DNA of 64,000 nt from Vicugna vicugna (lineage: Eukaryota): the NCBI GenBank assembly GCA_013265495.1, contig MU062119.1:930001-994000 (forward strand). Reading direction: 5' to 3'. A program made the translations under genes and the position numbers. Shown here piece by piece: positions 12,994-26,229 of the stretch (position 1 is the first letter of the stretch; every line of letters starts with the position of its first letter). A model generated the notes under the pieces. That model worked only from the letters and a program-made list of their open reading frames with translations. It had not been told where the DNA came from and made no database searches.

Positions 12994-14954
12994 TTTTGAT
13001 GAACTTATAATGGTGTCCTGAGGATTTTCAAGACTCCAGTCAAACCCTCATTCATTAGCCCTTTCTAAGTCCTCAGAATACTTCTAGCATCTTGTCCAAT
13101 CCCCATTAGAAATCAGGACCAACATCGGGGATCAATGTATTTTGGTCCTGGCTGCTAGCTTCCTGACCTAACCTGCTCAAATTTTCCCATAAGCAATCTC
13201 TCTGATCACAGGTGCCCTGGGCTATGGACAAAGGCCAGTTTTTTGGCTCCATGACATCTTCTAATGAGTTTAAAACTTCTTTGGCATGTTTAAGTTCCTC
13301 TTTGCCTGCAGTTAACACTCCTCACTATCCAAATGACCCCATGGGCATGGATCACTAAAAAGGCATATTAAGAATTCAGTGAAAATAGTTACACTCTTGT
13401 CCTTACTTAGAGGGCTCTTCTCAAGGCTGTACATTGGGACTTTTGTGCATATGTACCTGCTGGGAGTGGGGTGGGAGGGGCTTCTGCTTCCATTGTCTAT
13501 GGATGGGTCACCACTACATACCCAGCTTTGCATTTTCCCTGGTCCATGAAGCTACTCCCAGTTGTAAATATCTCAAGATCGAGACTCTCCAATGAATGGC
13601 AGGTCCCTCAGTGAGGGGCAGCTGGCAAAGACTAGTTCAATTATGTGAATACAGTTATGCAAATGTTCCTCGTTACTAGGTGGGAAGCAGAATGGCTGGG
13701 CTAAAGGTTGAGACTGCCTTCCAGAAGTGACATTAGGGCTACACAGTAATAGCCTGATACTTTCCTAATCTCCTGAAGTCGACCAATATCCCCACTTCCG
13801 TTCTAAGAGGGTAAGCACACAGAGAGGGCTAGCACAGTGCTATGTTGTCCCAGTATGAATTTGTTTTGCTTCTTATAAGAGATCACAGGTAGCTGCTATG
13901 ACCTGAAGGCAAACTGGCCAGCCCTTGGTGTCTGTGTCTTAATTGTTTGAGAGACAGGCAATGAGTCTCCTTATGCTGCCCGAGTATTGAGTCAGTACTC
14001 CGAAAGACTGATTTCTTATTCCTCACAAGCAAGCAAGCCAAGAGGCTTCCTGACAGCCAGCAGACATAAAGCTGGGGCATTTGGTGACTTCCTTGGTAAC
14101 AGTTCGTGGGATTCAAAACTCAGGGATATATAGAAAAAGGCATCTTTTAGGTCCCTGGTGAACAATAGAAATCCCCCAGGTAGTGAGCAGAGTGCATGGG
14201 TTGGGGACCACTGGATGAGTATCTCCTACAATTTAATTGCTCAAGCCCTGTACAAACCTGTATTTATTTGTGCCTGGCTGCTGGAAGGGTAAAACTGCGT
14301 AACCGGGAGACTGGCAGGGGTGCACGAAGTCATAGTCAAGGAAGGCTGTTAGCAGGGGCTACATCTCTTGGTCTGCCCCTTCCTTTAATAGGTACTGCCT
14401 TCAGTTTGGAATTTTGGCCCCAGGACTGAGTCTGACTGTACTGGTGTAGCTGTTCTTGCTCTCCCCTGCCTCCCTTCAGTGCATACTTCTGGACTCACCT
14501 CCTGCAGTGTCTCTTCCAGAAGTGCTGACCATATCCTTTTGCGGTTGCAGCTACAGGGCTTGGAATGCACAAGCCTGCTCGGGTGGTACTTTAATGCCCA
14601 TTGGTCCCAGTGCAAAGGTAACCTTGGCATTTCATTTAGTTAGTAAATCTCTTCCTAGAAGAGGAATGGGACACTCAGGAAAAAAACAATGCTTCAGATG
14701 AGTCTTCCCCTTCTGATGGTCTAAGGGCTGGACAAGGGGCTTCTTCAGGGTTTCTCCAGACACTTCAGGTACTAACATAGACTTGGAAGTTCAGAAATCT
14801 GGGTATTTAAAACCTAGCAGGTGGCCCCCATGTTGATCAGAAAAGTCAAAAGTTGATTTCCCAACCTCATAGTCACCCAGGTCTCTGTATGAGAAACACT
14901 GGACTCAAGAGCGGGATTTAAAACCCCTGAGCCCCATTATTCCTGGCCACTGTC

Positions 14955-16457
14955 ATTCTCAGCCCAGGCATGTGACGTTTCCCCCTGGCTCACCCTCTTC
15001 AAGAGCCTCACTCAAGACAGTGTCTTCCAGCATGACTTCTGTTTGCAGTTTGCATATTGGCAGGGTCCCCCCAAATTGCTGGTGCCTCCTGTGAATGGAA
15101 GCTTGGGGCCAGGGGCCTCCCACCTGGTGCTGGACTCCTCCTGGAGACCTTAGTGTGGTCTGGCTTCCCTGTGTCCAGGTGGCAGAGTGGCCTGTTTGAT
15201 CTTTCCTTGCTCCCTTGTTCTCCTGACTCTGGCTCTGTCATCAACAACTTTAAAGGCAATTTCAGCCACTTGAGACATTGATATCCTAAGGCTCCTTTTC
15301 CCTTCTGTAACTTCCTCTGTATCTCAGGGGTCCTCTAATCATTGAATGTCACACTGACCTTCTCGTGTCTCAGGATATATTTTGGTGTGTTGTCTAGAAG
15401 CCTCAAAGACCCTTTTAAGGAATTCAAGGATCCTCCTTTGGTTTTTGTCTTCCTCCTGTACTTTATAGGGCTTCTGTATTTGGGATACCCCTTTCCATAG
15501 CCCTGGAAGAAGGCAGCCTCATGAATGTTCACGTTTTGGTCTACCTCCTGCATTCACACCCCAGTTAAGATCCACTCTGGTACAGCTGTGCCTGCTGCAG
15601 CCCGCACTGGGTTGTCAGCAGTGTCTGCATGAAGTCGACGTGCCTCCCCCCGACCCCAGCTTTTTTCTAGCACCGTTCTACATTCCTCTGAACCAAGGAT
15701 GGAATTTAACAAACTCCTAACATCTGCCCATTTCAACATTGGGTTGTGAGTTGAAAAGATGTTTTATTTTCGCTGGGTCTTCTCAATAAGTTGGCATGTT
15801 CTTGCAATTCAGTAAACCTGAAGTTGAAAGGGCGAATGGACCAAAAACAATCCAATCAGCTGCCCAGTTTCAAAGTTCATACCCTCAGTGGGACTTACTT
15901 GCCTTAAAGGATATTGTTCTGCCCGGTTTGGGGTAGCTCCTGGCCAAATTGAGTACCCTGACGGGTGTGAGATGGGGAGACCATTCCTATTTCTTGACAC
16001 TCAGACTGGGAGGACCTGAGCCTGGGGTGCTGATGGAGACTTGGCAGTGCCACCAAAAGTGGGTGGAGAAGGAACAGTCGGAGTGTTCAACTGAATTGAC
16101 AGCAAATCGTCCTCTTTTTCATTAGAATGAAGCAGGTTTCTTTATCTTTCCTTCGTGTTAAACAATCCTTTCTTCGCAAAGGTTTATTCTTGTACACGAG
16201 CATAAGATTGTACATAAGGTTTTCATCCTATTTTTCACTTACTAGGTAAATCTAACTGTAAAATTGTATTGATGTGGTGTTTAAGGATCCGTTTTAAGGC
16301 TATCTTTCTCCATCATCTAAAGATTGTTGTGGCCAAGCAGTTTTATAAAAAAAAATACCATCTTTTCCATTTTCATGGGTTGATAACTAAACACTGCCCA
16401 ATTTGGGGAAACGCAACCTAGAAAGCTGCAAGGGGGAATGGAATTAAGATTTCCCAT
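14955..16457 (-). pseudogene. gag pseudogene (copy 1)
   Basis: ATG at 16457 gives MGNLNSIPPCSFLGCVSPNWAVFSYQPMK. Also 'QYPLRQV', CA 'MSQVAEIAFKVV' and a degenerate zinc knuckle near 15010-15060. Confidence 0.8.
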
Positions 16458-16790
16458 TTTTGGAGAGTTTTTTCACATGGTTTCAGCAAATGAAGCCTTT
16501 CTCTAAGGGTCTGTTCTGCAAGTATTTGCAGAAATTACCCAGTGCCGACAAAGTTGAGGTGAGTAAGCTCCAGGTGAGCTGCTGAGGCAGACAGCTCCTC
16601 AGAGCGAGGAAGGCCTGGAAGGATTGTTCTCTTAAAGGGGAGTCCTGAGGAGGTCATTTCATGTCACAGGCAGATACTACACCTCTTTAAATTCCCCAGT
16701 CCCCTGGAATTTCCGGAGAGAGAGGAGGGAACAGTGCCTGTCTTCTTCAAAGTCAAGTTTAATTCCTAAGGAAATTCTACTACAGCCCAG

Positions 16791-18780
16791 GCCAGGCTCA
16801 CTGGCTGGGAACTCTGATCACTGCCTTTTTCCTTGGAAGATGTGAATCACACTAAGTTGGAGAAGATGCATGAGAGCTGGTAGGATAGTGGGAACCATTC
16901 AGAAGTCTGGCCGGCATCTGTGACCCTGACCAGGAGTTACACAACGGTTGTGGCTTCCCACCAGCCACACGGCTTCACATCTGGGTACTGGCCAGCAGTT
17001 CTGATCACATGGTCTTCCCCAAATGCCTCCAGCATGGCTCTCCAGGAGTCAGCCTTTCTTAGCATGAGCTCCTGCCACCTTGGAAGCCATGGCTTTCATC
17101 ATGGGCTGGCACCTGTCCCACTGTTCTCCATCCAAAGATTGTCATCTTTCCTGCATCTTCTCACGGAATGAAGTTCTCAGGGTGTTTGGAAGAGTGTCTG
17201 GCCACCCTCTGAAACCACATGGTTACTGCTAGTGGAGGGCTCTCTGTTCCAAGAAGTAGTAGCTGGCGTAAGGGTGGTAGTGATGACATACCAAACCACT
17301 TGTCATCTTTCCCTGACTCCACCCAGGACATCAGTTTCCTACTTGTGGGCTGCTTTTGACAGTTAATTTTAGCCCCAAATCCATGAGTTTTTCTCACTAC
17401 CACCAAATGCTAAGAGAGGCAGGTTCCCCTTTTTACCTTATGAAAGCTGGCTTCCTTCTCACTAGAGAGATAGTTTTGTGATGGTTTCAGATTTGAGCTG
17501 GTTCTTCTCGTTTGACTTCCAAACTTTGTGTGGACCCTAGATGTCTCAGGTTTCCTCCCTGCGCTGTTTGTATGAACCAAAACTGGGGTCAACTGGACCT
17601 CAATAGAAACTCCCAGAGGAAATCCTTGTTCTAACATTTGCTTCTTTTAACTTAGTTGTACTTGAGTACAAAGTACAAGCTCTGAGCCTTAAGTAACAGT
17701 GCCCAGTATTTTGGGTGCTTGTTTCTTAAGTTTTTCTAGATTTTCATTTCCCTCTGATAGGCTTTTTGACTTACTAGATGTCAAAGTAACTTAGGAGTAA
17801 AGTGACAGACATCGTTGTGAGCTCCTCCAGAATTCTCACCACCAACTAGACACCATCTCCTTTCAATTCTGCTGAAATTTTAAGGTCTGATCACATTGGA
17901 GATAAAACTCTTAATGTGGATTTTACGAACATACAATCATTTAACCTTGCTATCCTGTTCATTCTGCTAAACAGAAGCGTCCTATCTTGGGAGAATCTAC
18001 TTGCTCTTGTCTCCCTTAGTTTCCCTTCGAGGGAGCTGAACACACTAAATGCTACGTAGGTCTGTTAGAAGTCCCATTAGTACCCAATAGGCCAGGCATT
18101 AGTGGTGTATCAGGACTGGCAAATCTTAGATTAAGTTCATGAGTGCCTGGAAGAAAAGTGGACTGGCGAACTAGAACTGCTTTGAAGGGTGGGCAGAAGT
18201 CTATTCTCACATTTTTCCAAAACGATCAGGAAGGCTTGCCCTATTCCCATGATATCGGAGAAACCATATGACACTTACTCCATAGGTTGAAGGCCCACAG
18301 CTAGGAAGAGACTGCTTTCTCCCAAGGCTGCTCTGTCTCCTGGGGATCCAGGCAGTTTGTGCAGTAGTTTGGGGGTGTGGGCAGGTTCCGACATGAGAAG
18401 CCCTTGGATATGGGAAATGGTCCACATGATTGGTATCTGGCGGGAGGTGAACTTTTGAAACCAGTCCAGTTGCGTGTGGCTTAGCTGCTCTTGTTGCCTG
18501 TGGCGTTTACACTTGATGAATCAAGGAAGGCTCTTATAGCTGGTTCTGAATCACACAAATCAGGTAAAACAGGAGACAGATACCAGTCAGAACTTGCCGC
18601 CACATTCCCTGTTACAGTGAGGACACTGTGTGGGGTTCAGTGTTGAGTGAAACCAACTTGTCTGGGAAAACTATGTCTCAGTGGACCTCGTGCAGAACTT
18701 AAGGGCAGATAATGTCATTGCCTGAAAGCCATGAGGTCTGACACTTGCGTTCCAGTCATTCCAGGTCAGTCTGAACTCAG
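16791..18780 (-). mobile_element. Class III/Gypsy-like internal fragments including integrase remnants
   Basis: Frameshifted 'RQI(D)HVGPFPISKG' near 18400-18440 and 'LWAFNLW...VSPIS' near 18250-18300. The remainder is unassigned. Confidence 0.4.
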
Positions 18781-19700
18781 GTAGTGGGCAAGGGGCTGGT
18801 GTACCTACAAACAACGCACACTGGCTTTGGGCACCTCTTAGTATCTTTGGAGGGAGGGTAAGGGTGGCAACTCTTTATCCAAGTGTCTAACCGCTGTAAG
18901 TGACCACAGAAATAGACTCTGCCGCTTGACCTACAAACTGTGTTCAAACACTGTTCCCTGTGGGCCTGACTTGAGCTTAAGGCTTTGGCTGAGAAGACAT
19001 GCGGCCCATATTCCATCCTCCTTCCTGAGCCCTGCCGGCACCTATGTCTACAGCGGGATTCAGGACTTCGTTACAGGTTCTTTAGTCCTGCCATCACCCG
19101 CTCTCTTCTAAGCTAAACTTCAGCTACACCTCTCTGTTCATTTGCCATTGACCCTCTTCCCCTTTTCTATTCAAAGTTCTAAGAAAATGGTAAGGAAGCA
19201 GCTAAAGTTCAAAAGCTTTTACTTCACCTTAAAACTTAGAGTTTCTTCTTTATAATAGATCATCTCCAAAAGGTAACTTTTCTCAGCAGAAGCGTTAATG
19301 CCTGAATTTCCTGAATTTCCACGTCAACTGCCTTGTCACTTGGTTTTTTGTCTTGGTGGATTTTGAACAGAACGAGCCAGTTCTCGTGCATGAAAATGAG
19401 TGAGGGGCCAAGACAACCATGGGCTTGGTCTGTGGGCTAGGAACTCACCACTTAGGTGAAACCAGGAGTCCAGACAGCTGCTGATATAGAAAGGACTAGG
19501 AAATTGATTCCTTCTGTTGGGACCTCCTGTGGGTATAACCACACCCCATTCTTATTGGAGAAAAGTTTGTACGTCTATACTGGCCTAATCTCTTACCTAT
19601 ACCAAGTGAATTATATTCTCACTGAAGTCCTGCTAAGTACCATTTCTTGGCCTTGCAAAGGTTCATACTGTTGAGCACATGCAGGTGGTTCTGTTTTTTC
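18781..19700 (-). mobile_element. Probable ERV leader/internal fragment, family unresolved
   Basis: Leader-like composition, with a splice-donor-like 'ggtgagt' on the minus strand near 19445. No clear protein motif. Confidence 0.25.
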
Positions 19701-20352
19701 CCTTTTGTATGTTCATGAAGTCGCATCTCTCCTCCTAATGCTTGCTTTCTACTTCCATCACTCAGGTTTTAGCATTTCTGATAGTTACCCTCAAAGACAA
19801 GAGTTTAAGAAACATTACTTCTGACTGTGGCTAGAAAGCTGCCTAACACTTGTCTGCACTCTGGAAGTCGAATGGGAGTCCACTTCTCTGTTGCTGAAGC
19901 CAGCCCGGCTGTCTCTGACCCTGGGGGAGCCCTTCAAAGCCTGCCTTCCCTCATTAGGGACCCATGAGGCCCTTTTCTTGAGTGTTTGGTTCTTCAGGAC
20001 CCTGCTCCTACCTGAGAAAAGTGCCATCTGAACACTGAGGTGGGGTTTATTGCAGCTCTTAACAACACATCTGGACAGTAGAGTTTGGCACAAATTGGTG
20101 TCAGTGCAACACCCAGTCTTCCCTCCTTCCTCTTCAAGACACCTTCACCCATCTTCAGCATTAGAGCTCTTTAAAACTTTTTCCATTATGATGGGTATGT
20201 GGTAGTACAATGTCATAAATTTGTTTAGGGTTTTCTCCGCATTTCCTGGTTAAAATACAATGTATAAATTCTGCTTAACAGCCAGCATTAGGTTTTGAGT
20301 AGAACATGTGTTGCTTTACTAAGAGAAACATAAAACATGCCTAGCTTTTATC

Positions 20353-21082
20353 TGGTGGTATATGATATTTAATCAAAACCTTTAAAGAAACCACTTTTGC
20401 TCTGCATGGTCAACTGTGTCTTTGTCCCCAGTTCCTGGCACAAACCCCCTAAAACCCCTGGAATTTCCTGGTGTCTTCTGTTATTCATAACGAGACTTTC
20501 TTGACCATACCTGAGGTTACACTAACACGGTAACTTAGAGTAGTCCTAAACCCCAGCATGTGGCTGGTCACCAGAAAGACCAAGTGATGGGAGGGTTGGA
20601 CCTTTCAGCTCTACCACTGACTTTCAGAAAAGGGCTGGAGATAAGGGGTGTAACTCTTGAACAATAAGCTGATAAGCCTCTGCACTGGTGAACACATAGA
20701 AGTTCTGGGAAGGCAGCATGCCCATGGAGGGCAGGGAAGCTCTGTGCCACTCCCCCTGCCCCAAGCCTTACCCTATGCATTTCTTCAACCTTTTCTCTTC
20801 CTGAGTTGTACCTCTTATAATAAACTGCTAAGCATTAAGTACTGAGCTCTGGTCTAACATATTACTGAACCTGAAGGAGAAAGAGTAGAAACATCAAATT
20901 TATAGCCAAGTTGGACAGAAATATGTTACACCTCAAATCCCTACTGGTGCCTGAAGTAGGAGCAATCTTCTGGGACTTGGTCCTTTACCTAGAATTATTT
21001 GCAGATACACGTTAAAGTGGCAACTAAATTGTTGGACACCCAGCTGGGGTTGGAATTGGTTAGTATCAAAACAGACCACACT
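20353..21082 (+). mobile_element. MER21-like solo LTR
   Basis: Motifs 'tttgtccccagttcctggcac', 'ggctggtcaccagaaagacc', 'ggagggcagggaagctctgtgc', AATAAA near 20819 and 'tggacacccagctgg'. Confidence 0.75.
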
Positions 21083-21084
21083 AT

Positions 21085-23560
21085 ACATGAAACAAGTCGG
21101 ACAGTTTAAACCTAGCTTTAAGTATAGCATTAAACAGAGTTAGAAATGAATGTCTAATCAAGGCTTTCGGCAGACCCTTGCAGAGCATGTCTTTGTGCTG
21201 AACTTGTTTTGCAAATGCCATACGTAGGTTATGTTGAATAAATGGAAGTGACCGTCGTTATCCTAGAGTGGTCTGAAATGCTAGTATTTTTGTTTTTTGG
21301 TTTTTTTTTTAGTAGTCTGATCATTTCATTTGGGGGCAGAAATGCTAGCAGCATATGGCTCATCCCTCTAGAATAAGTGATATTAACCATTCAGTCTGAG
21401 CCACATGGGTAGCCTTGTCAAACAAATCATATCTACCATGCTAGACTGAATAGTATCCCTTAAAGATTTACCAACAGTGCTTAACTATGATGTGAGTGAA
21501 ATCATTTCCTTCAGTGGTTCCTGGGAGTAGTCTGCCTGCAAGTTGGCTTTTACATGCTTTGATGGTATGTAACTCGCTGCCTTGCAAGAAAAATTGGCAT
21601 TTTTAATCTTTAATATCAAGGCATCTAATGGTAGGCTGTATGGCAGGACGCTTGAGTCTGTCCTGCTAAACTTTTAGTATTTATGTCCATGGTATGAGAC
21701 TAGTCTTATTGAACTAATGGATCCTAAGCTTGGGCTGGTGGGTATACATAAATGCCCTCATCCCCTGGAAACTCCATGGTTGTCTCACATATAGGACAAA
21801 ATGCTGCAGTTACATTTAGTTTGCACCTTCATAGGATTAAGACTCAGTGTTAAAGAAGATCCTCACATAGATGCTAAATGAGATTCACAAGTATCCTTTG
21901 AGCCCTGAGTATACCTTATCTTGGCAATGTAACTTAGGGACGGTGCCCATTTGATACATGGACTTCCGTGCTGGACACACTCAGGCAATGTTTCTTAAGC
22001 TTATTCCTACCCAGTTGGTTCAACCAACTTTGAGATCCTTACGTCTCTTCACTGAAAGACCTAATTCTGGAGTTTTCCTTGGAAAACAGGAGGACAAATA
22101 AACAGAGAAAAGGCAAATGTCACCCTCTGTCAAAGCTCATCCTAAGGGGCACTGATAGAAGCCCTAGATCTGATGGAAACTAGCAACACAAAGCCTGCAG
22201 CTATGGCAGGGAGCACCTTGCGTGGCTCATACCTCAGTCCTGCTGGGATATGTGTCCCTTGGTTCACCACCTCTTGGTGCAATTCTTCAAGAGTCCTACT
22301 GAATGACAATTTCTCCTTTCCAATCCCTCTGAGAAGGAAGACCGGCTTTCGCCTGAAAACCACAGGTCTAGCAGTCAATCACTCTGATCATAGAATCAGT
22401 GACTGGCAGCCTCTTAACCCAAGCCTTCTTATGTAGGAACTTGAGACATTCTCATATTTTGAGAATCTCAAATGGAAAGCCTATGCTTCCTGCTTTACAG
22501 CAACAAAATGCTGGACCCAGATCCTTGAATGCAAAGATCTGGCTCATGAGAATTGGGGAGTAGTCATCAGCTCATCTTGACAACTGGCTGTTTCTCTCCA
22601 CCATTACCTTCTCCCAGCTTAGACGATGAGGACAGCCTTGCTGAGCCCTAGCCCTTACACCTGGGGAGTCCCTTACCTTCTGGTTTGAGGCCTTCCATTT
22701 TGCTTGTATTGGGCCTTTCCTAACAATTGCTTTCACCAGGGTCCTGAGCTGGTAACTTCTTCTGTCTCCTGTCTCATTTATATCTCTTGATACTGCTTTT
22801 GCCTCCCAGCCATGGAAACTATTCCACTGTGATGATCAGTGATTATGCAGAAAGAATTAGAAACAGTAAGTCATTCACAACAAAACTACACTTTAGCTAA
22901 ACTTAACCCCAGGGCAATTTACCCTGTGCCTCTGATCTTCCTTTCTCACCCTCCCATCCAGAATATGTTGTCAGAACTCAATCTGTCTAACTTTTTCAAA
23001 TCTGCCAGTAGGAGATGGAGTACAGTCCATCCCAGGACTAGGCTCTTTATGTCCATCCGCTATCTTCAGAGAGCCATCTTGCTGGTGATACCCAGTCTCT
23101 GCAAGACACCCCTCCCATTGTATGCCTGAATTAGTTGATGCCTGGCTCTAGTGTTATAGCTTTTGTAAAAAGAAAGCTTCAGACCTGTTGGTGGAGCGAG
23201 CTGAACTATAAGGAGACCCTCTGTCCTCCAGGAAGAGCTGCTGTTGTGATCTCCTTGAAGTCTCATTCTTTAGCCATCCTTTAACAAAGGCTCTGAGCTT
23301 GGCTTCTGAGTTGATTTTTCTCTGATCTTTAGCTTGGAGATCAATGAGGAGGATGCATCTGGGGATTTCAAACATTGCAAATCTGTGTTCTTGGGGAATC
23401 AGTCACGAACACTTGTTATACCAATGAGAGAGGTTTGGAGGTGTTGCCTTTACAGTTGCCATGACATTGTATATGCTCTGGATCCTTCTCCTGTGTGGAT
23501 CTGAGTCGAGTGAAGCCCCGGCATTTAAATGATAGTTTTTTTGGAAACTAAGGTCTAGTC
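21085..23560 (-). mobile_element. Degraded ERVL-type internal region (paralogue of 230-2650)
   Basis: Colinear alignment; ORFs 1282-1515 and 22173-22436 are homologous antisense frames. Confidence 0.6.
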
Positions 23561-24236
23561 AAATACAATAAAACAAACTAGCCAAAGGGTTCAGGCACCT
23601 GTGGTAAATCAGATTTGAGAAACTGATTCTATGTTTTAACTTCTTCCATACTCATTAACTACACCTTTAACATTTTTATGGGTAGAAAAATAGGGCTTCC
23701 AGATGGTAAGGAAGGTCTATATGGAAAGGACCTTAGAGCAAGCTGAAACAGGGCTACACACCCTCACACAGTTCTGTTTGACAAGCATGGTAGTTCTCAA
23801 TGTACAGATTATTCACCTAAGAAGGAATGTTAGAAGTTGATAATTATGCTTTGCATAATCAATACCATGAAGATAAATAAAAGAATATTAAATGTTTACT
23901 AGTGCCTTTCAAAACAAGATTATAAGTTTAAATACTCCTTCTATATACAGAACCCAATTTGCCTGATTCTTATCCAGTCAATTCTTAGCATTTTAAAATA
24001 ACTCTTCTACTCAGTAAATACTTAGTCCAGCCATGTTCCCCAATGATACTGCTCTATTATCACTGATGATAAATGCATTAACACAGAACAAATGAATCCA
24101 AAGAACCATGGAAGAAAGTAGAGATTTGAAAAATGCTTCAATGACTGTTATCCCAATTCCACAGAAAAACTAAAGGTTCAGAGGTTGTTACTTGCCCTTG
24201 AGTAAGCAAGATGGCTGAGAACATTATACGGGGCTT

Positions 24237-24625
24237 GTGTTCTATTAGTCAGGGACCCCAGGAAAATGCAAACAGCACAGTCAAATTAGGATAATTCAAT
24301 GAAGGTCTTATTTGCAAAGGGGCAAACTCACAAAGGAGAATGCAGTAACTCTGAGCAAGTGGTAACCAATGACTTTGAAACCAAAGATGTACCACCCAAG
24401 GCTCAAATGAAGGAGGATGTGTGAACACTAATCTCTGGAAGGAGAAGTCCTCTGCCTAGTGAGAAATAGGAAGTTTCTGTCGATGGATGAAACTTCTATT
24501 CATGAGTGGGTGCCGAGGAAATAATCACCCTGATACTACCCCTCTTCCCTGTTGATTTCTTGCTAAGACCTCCCCTGGACTCAAACCAGGGAGTCCAGTA
24601 GTCCTGTATGAAAAAATGTTACTGT
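24237..24625 (-). mobile_element. LTR33/LTR41-like LTR (paralogue of 3313-3678)
   Basis: 'tattagtcagggacccc...gtcaaattaggataattcaatgaaggtc'. Confidence 0.5.
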
Positions 24626-24639
24626 TTTAGCCTCCTAAC

Positions 24640-26220
24640 AAGGGACAGAAATCATGATACAGAGGGACAAACAAAATATGTCCAGCATAGACTCATAATA
24701 GCTTGCCAATAAGTCTTCCAAACTCGAGTGCAATTGTCAAGCATAAGTTTAGACCCTCCTAAAAGTAGCCATATGAACAGACTATAAATAATCCTAAAAA
24801 TCTCATTTATTCTTGCAACCTGTCTTTGCAAGTTCAGCTGCTATGTACTGTATCTGAAGTTTGTTATATCCTACTGGGATGAGTTGAAAAGGATCCCAAA
24901 AGCCAACTGCTTGAACATTTTTGATGTGCTCCTTTAATCTTGATTTCTTATCCCAAAGTTTCACATCCAGCAAAAAGGAAGACTTGGCTTCCTTTCTTTG
25001 ATACTGTGACAGTCTTTTAGCTTGTGTTCAATATTGTCTTCATCAGGTACAAAGAAGTCAACCTTGGCATCATTTCTCATCTGTGACTCTATTCTCCATG
25101 ATGTCTTTATGTGTTGGCCAAAGCTTACACTTGGCATGCTTATTTATTGTATAAACAGTTACCACCATGCATATCATGGTACACGTTGGCATGTGGTGGG
25201 CTATGCATTGCGTCAGTATTGTAACATCAGCCTGAGTTGGTATATACTCCTTAATACAGCTCCTACTAGCTATACCGTTGAGCACATGTACTAATGGCAG
25301 TGGGGTGCAAATCTTCAATCTCTGAAATCCAAGTTGGTGGCTGTCTTTGGGTGCGGAGCAGATGCAAAGGAGCAAAAAACCAGTTAGCCATAAGGGTCTC
25401 TGGTACTAGTTCCTTAAATAAAAATGTGGGTACATATAAAAAAATGTGGTTACCTACAAAAAAATCAGTTACATATAAGCCATTTCTTGAATTCTGAGTT
25501 ACCTGCTAAAACTAAAAATGTTGGTTCCTCCAATTATATGAGGAAATAATCTTAGTTTGTAACACTTGTATGAATACTTAGGTCTTTTTCTCCCCCTTCT
25601 TCTTCAGCACAGGGCACCAATAGCTAATAGTGACCTAGGTCCTCTGTCTTTGAACTGGAGTTGGCTGTGTCTTATTTGAAGGCTAAATGGACCACTGGAA
25701 GGAAGAACTGAGTATCCTGGATTTAAATATTGCCAAGAAGCAACTAAGACTCATACTTGGTCCTGTAGTTCCATGACATCTTGATCTATTAAGGTCAATA
25801 ACTAAAGTATTCTTAATAGTTTGGAATATATAAGAAACACTTCCAAGTTGTATTATAACTGAGATCCTGACAGGCTAAGACCAGCTCTGCATAGATCTGG
25901 AAAATGGTGCTCTTCTGTCAGAATTCTCTTGATTTTGGTAGTTCTTAGAGAGGCTACTTTATCCTTTCTTGGGGTAAAGATCTCCCTGGGGCCCATCTTG
26001 ACATGCCCATTCCTTAAATAAGGCTTATATCTGGTGTTGCCACTTGAGTCAGGGGGTTTTATTTTCTTTCAGAACCAAGAAGACATTGGTTGGGTTAAAA
26101 TCTTTCAAGTCCTAACTAGGATCCAAGAGTTCAGTGGTGGTATCCTCAGTTCAGGACCTTCACAGGAACACATGAATCAATCTGAAACTACATGCACCAA
26201 ATCTGAGTAACTTATGGAGC
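24640..26220 (-). mobile_element. MaLR-type internal sequence (paralogue of 3700-5200)
   Basis: Colinear with 3700-5200. Confidence 0.45.
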
Positions 26221-26229
26221 TGTGTCAGG

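Larger units (their letters stand above)
11560..14954 (-). pseudogene. pro-pol pseudogene (copy 1), interrupted by L1; RT palm deleted near 14100; IN core deleted
   Basis: The RT 'DAFF'-equivalent region joins directly to the 'APAL..KP' connection domain near 14100. RNase H/IN-N sequence lies at 13000-13900. The IN junction reads ELLPRF|PA.LRVRVA. Confidence 0.8.
10869..16790 (-). mobile_element. Class I ERV provirus copy 1 (leader-gag-pro-pol-env 5' part; no LTRs; internal deletions)
   Basis: Minus-strand translation gives the gag MA start MGNLNSIPPCSFLGC, RT 'THPVVPNPCTLLTT', connection 'GVLTQ...GWP', IN 'NEMLYGSPFL' and an env signal peptide. Colinear with copies 2 and 3. Confidence 0.9.

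Noticed and set aside
25420-25480. Short local tandem duplications (also 26519-26552, 36827-36858, 46598-46628)
   Set aside because: Each is a 10-21 bp slippage duplication present in one paralogue only. They are not CRISPR-like and show no spacer structure.
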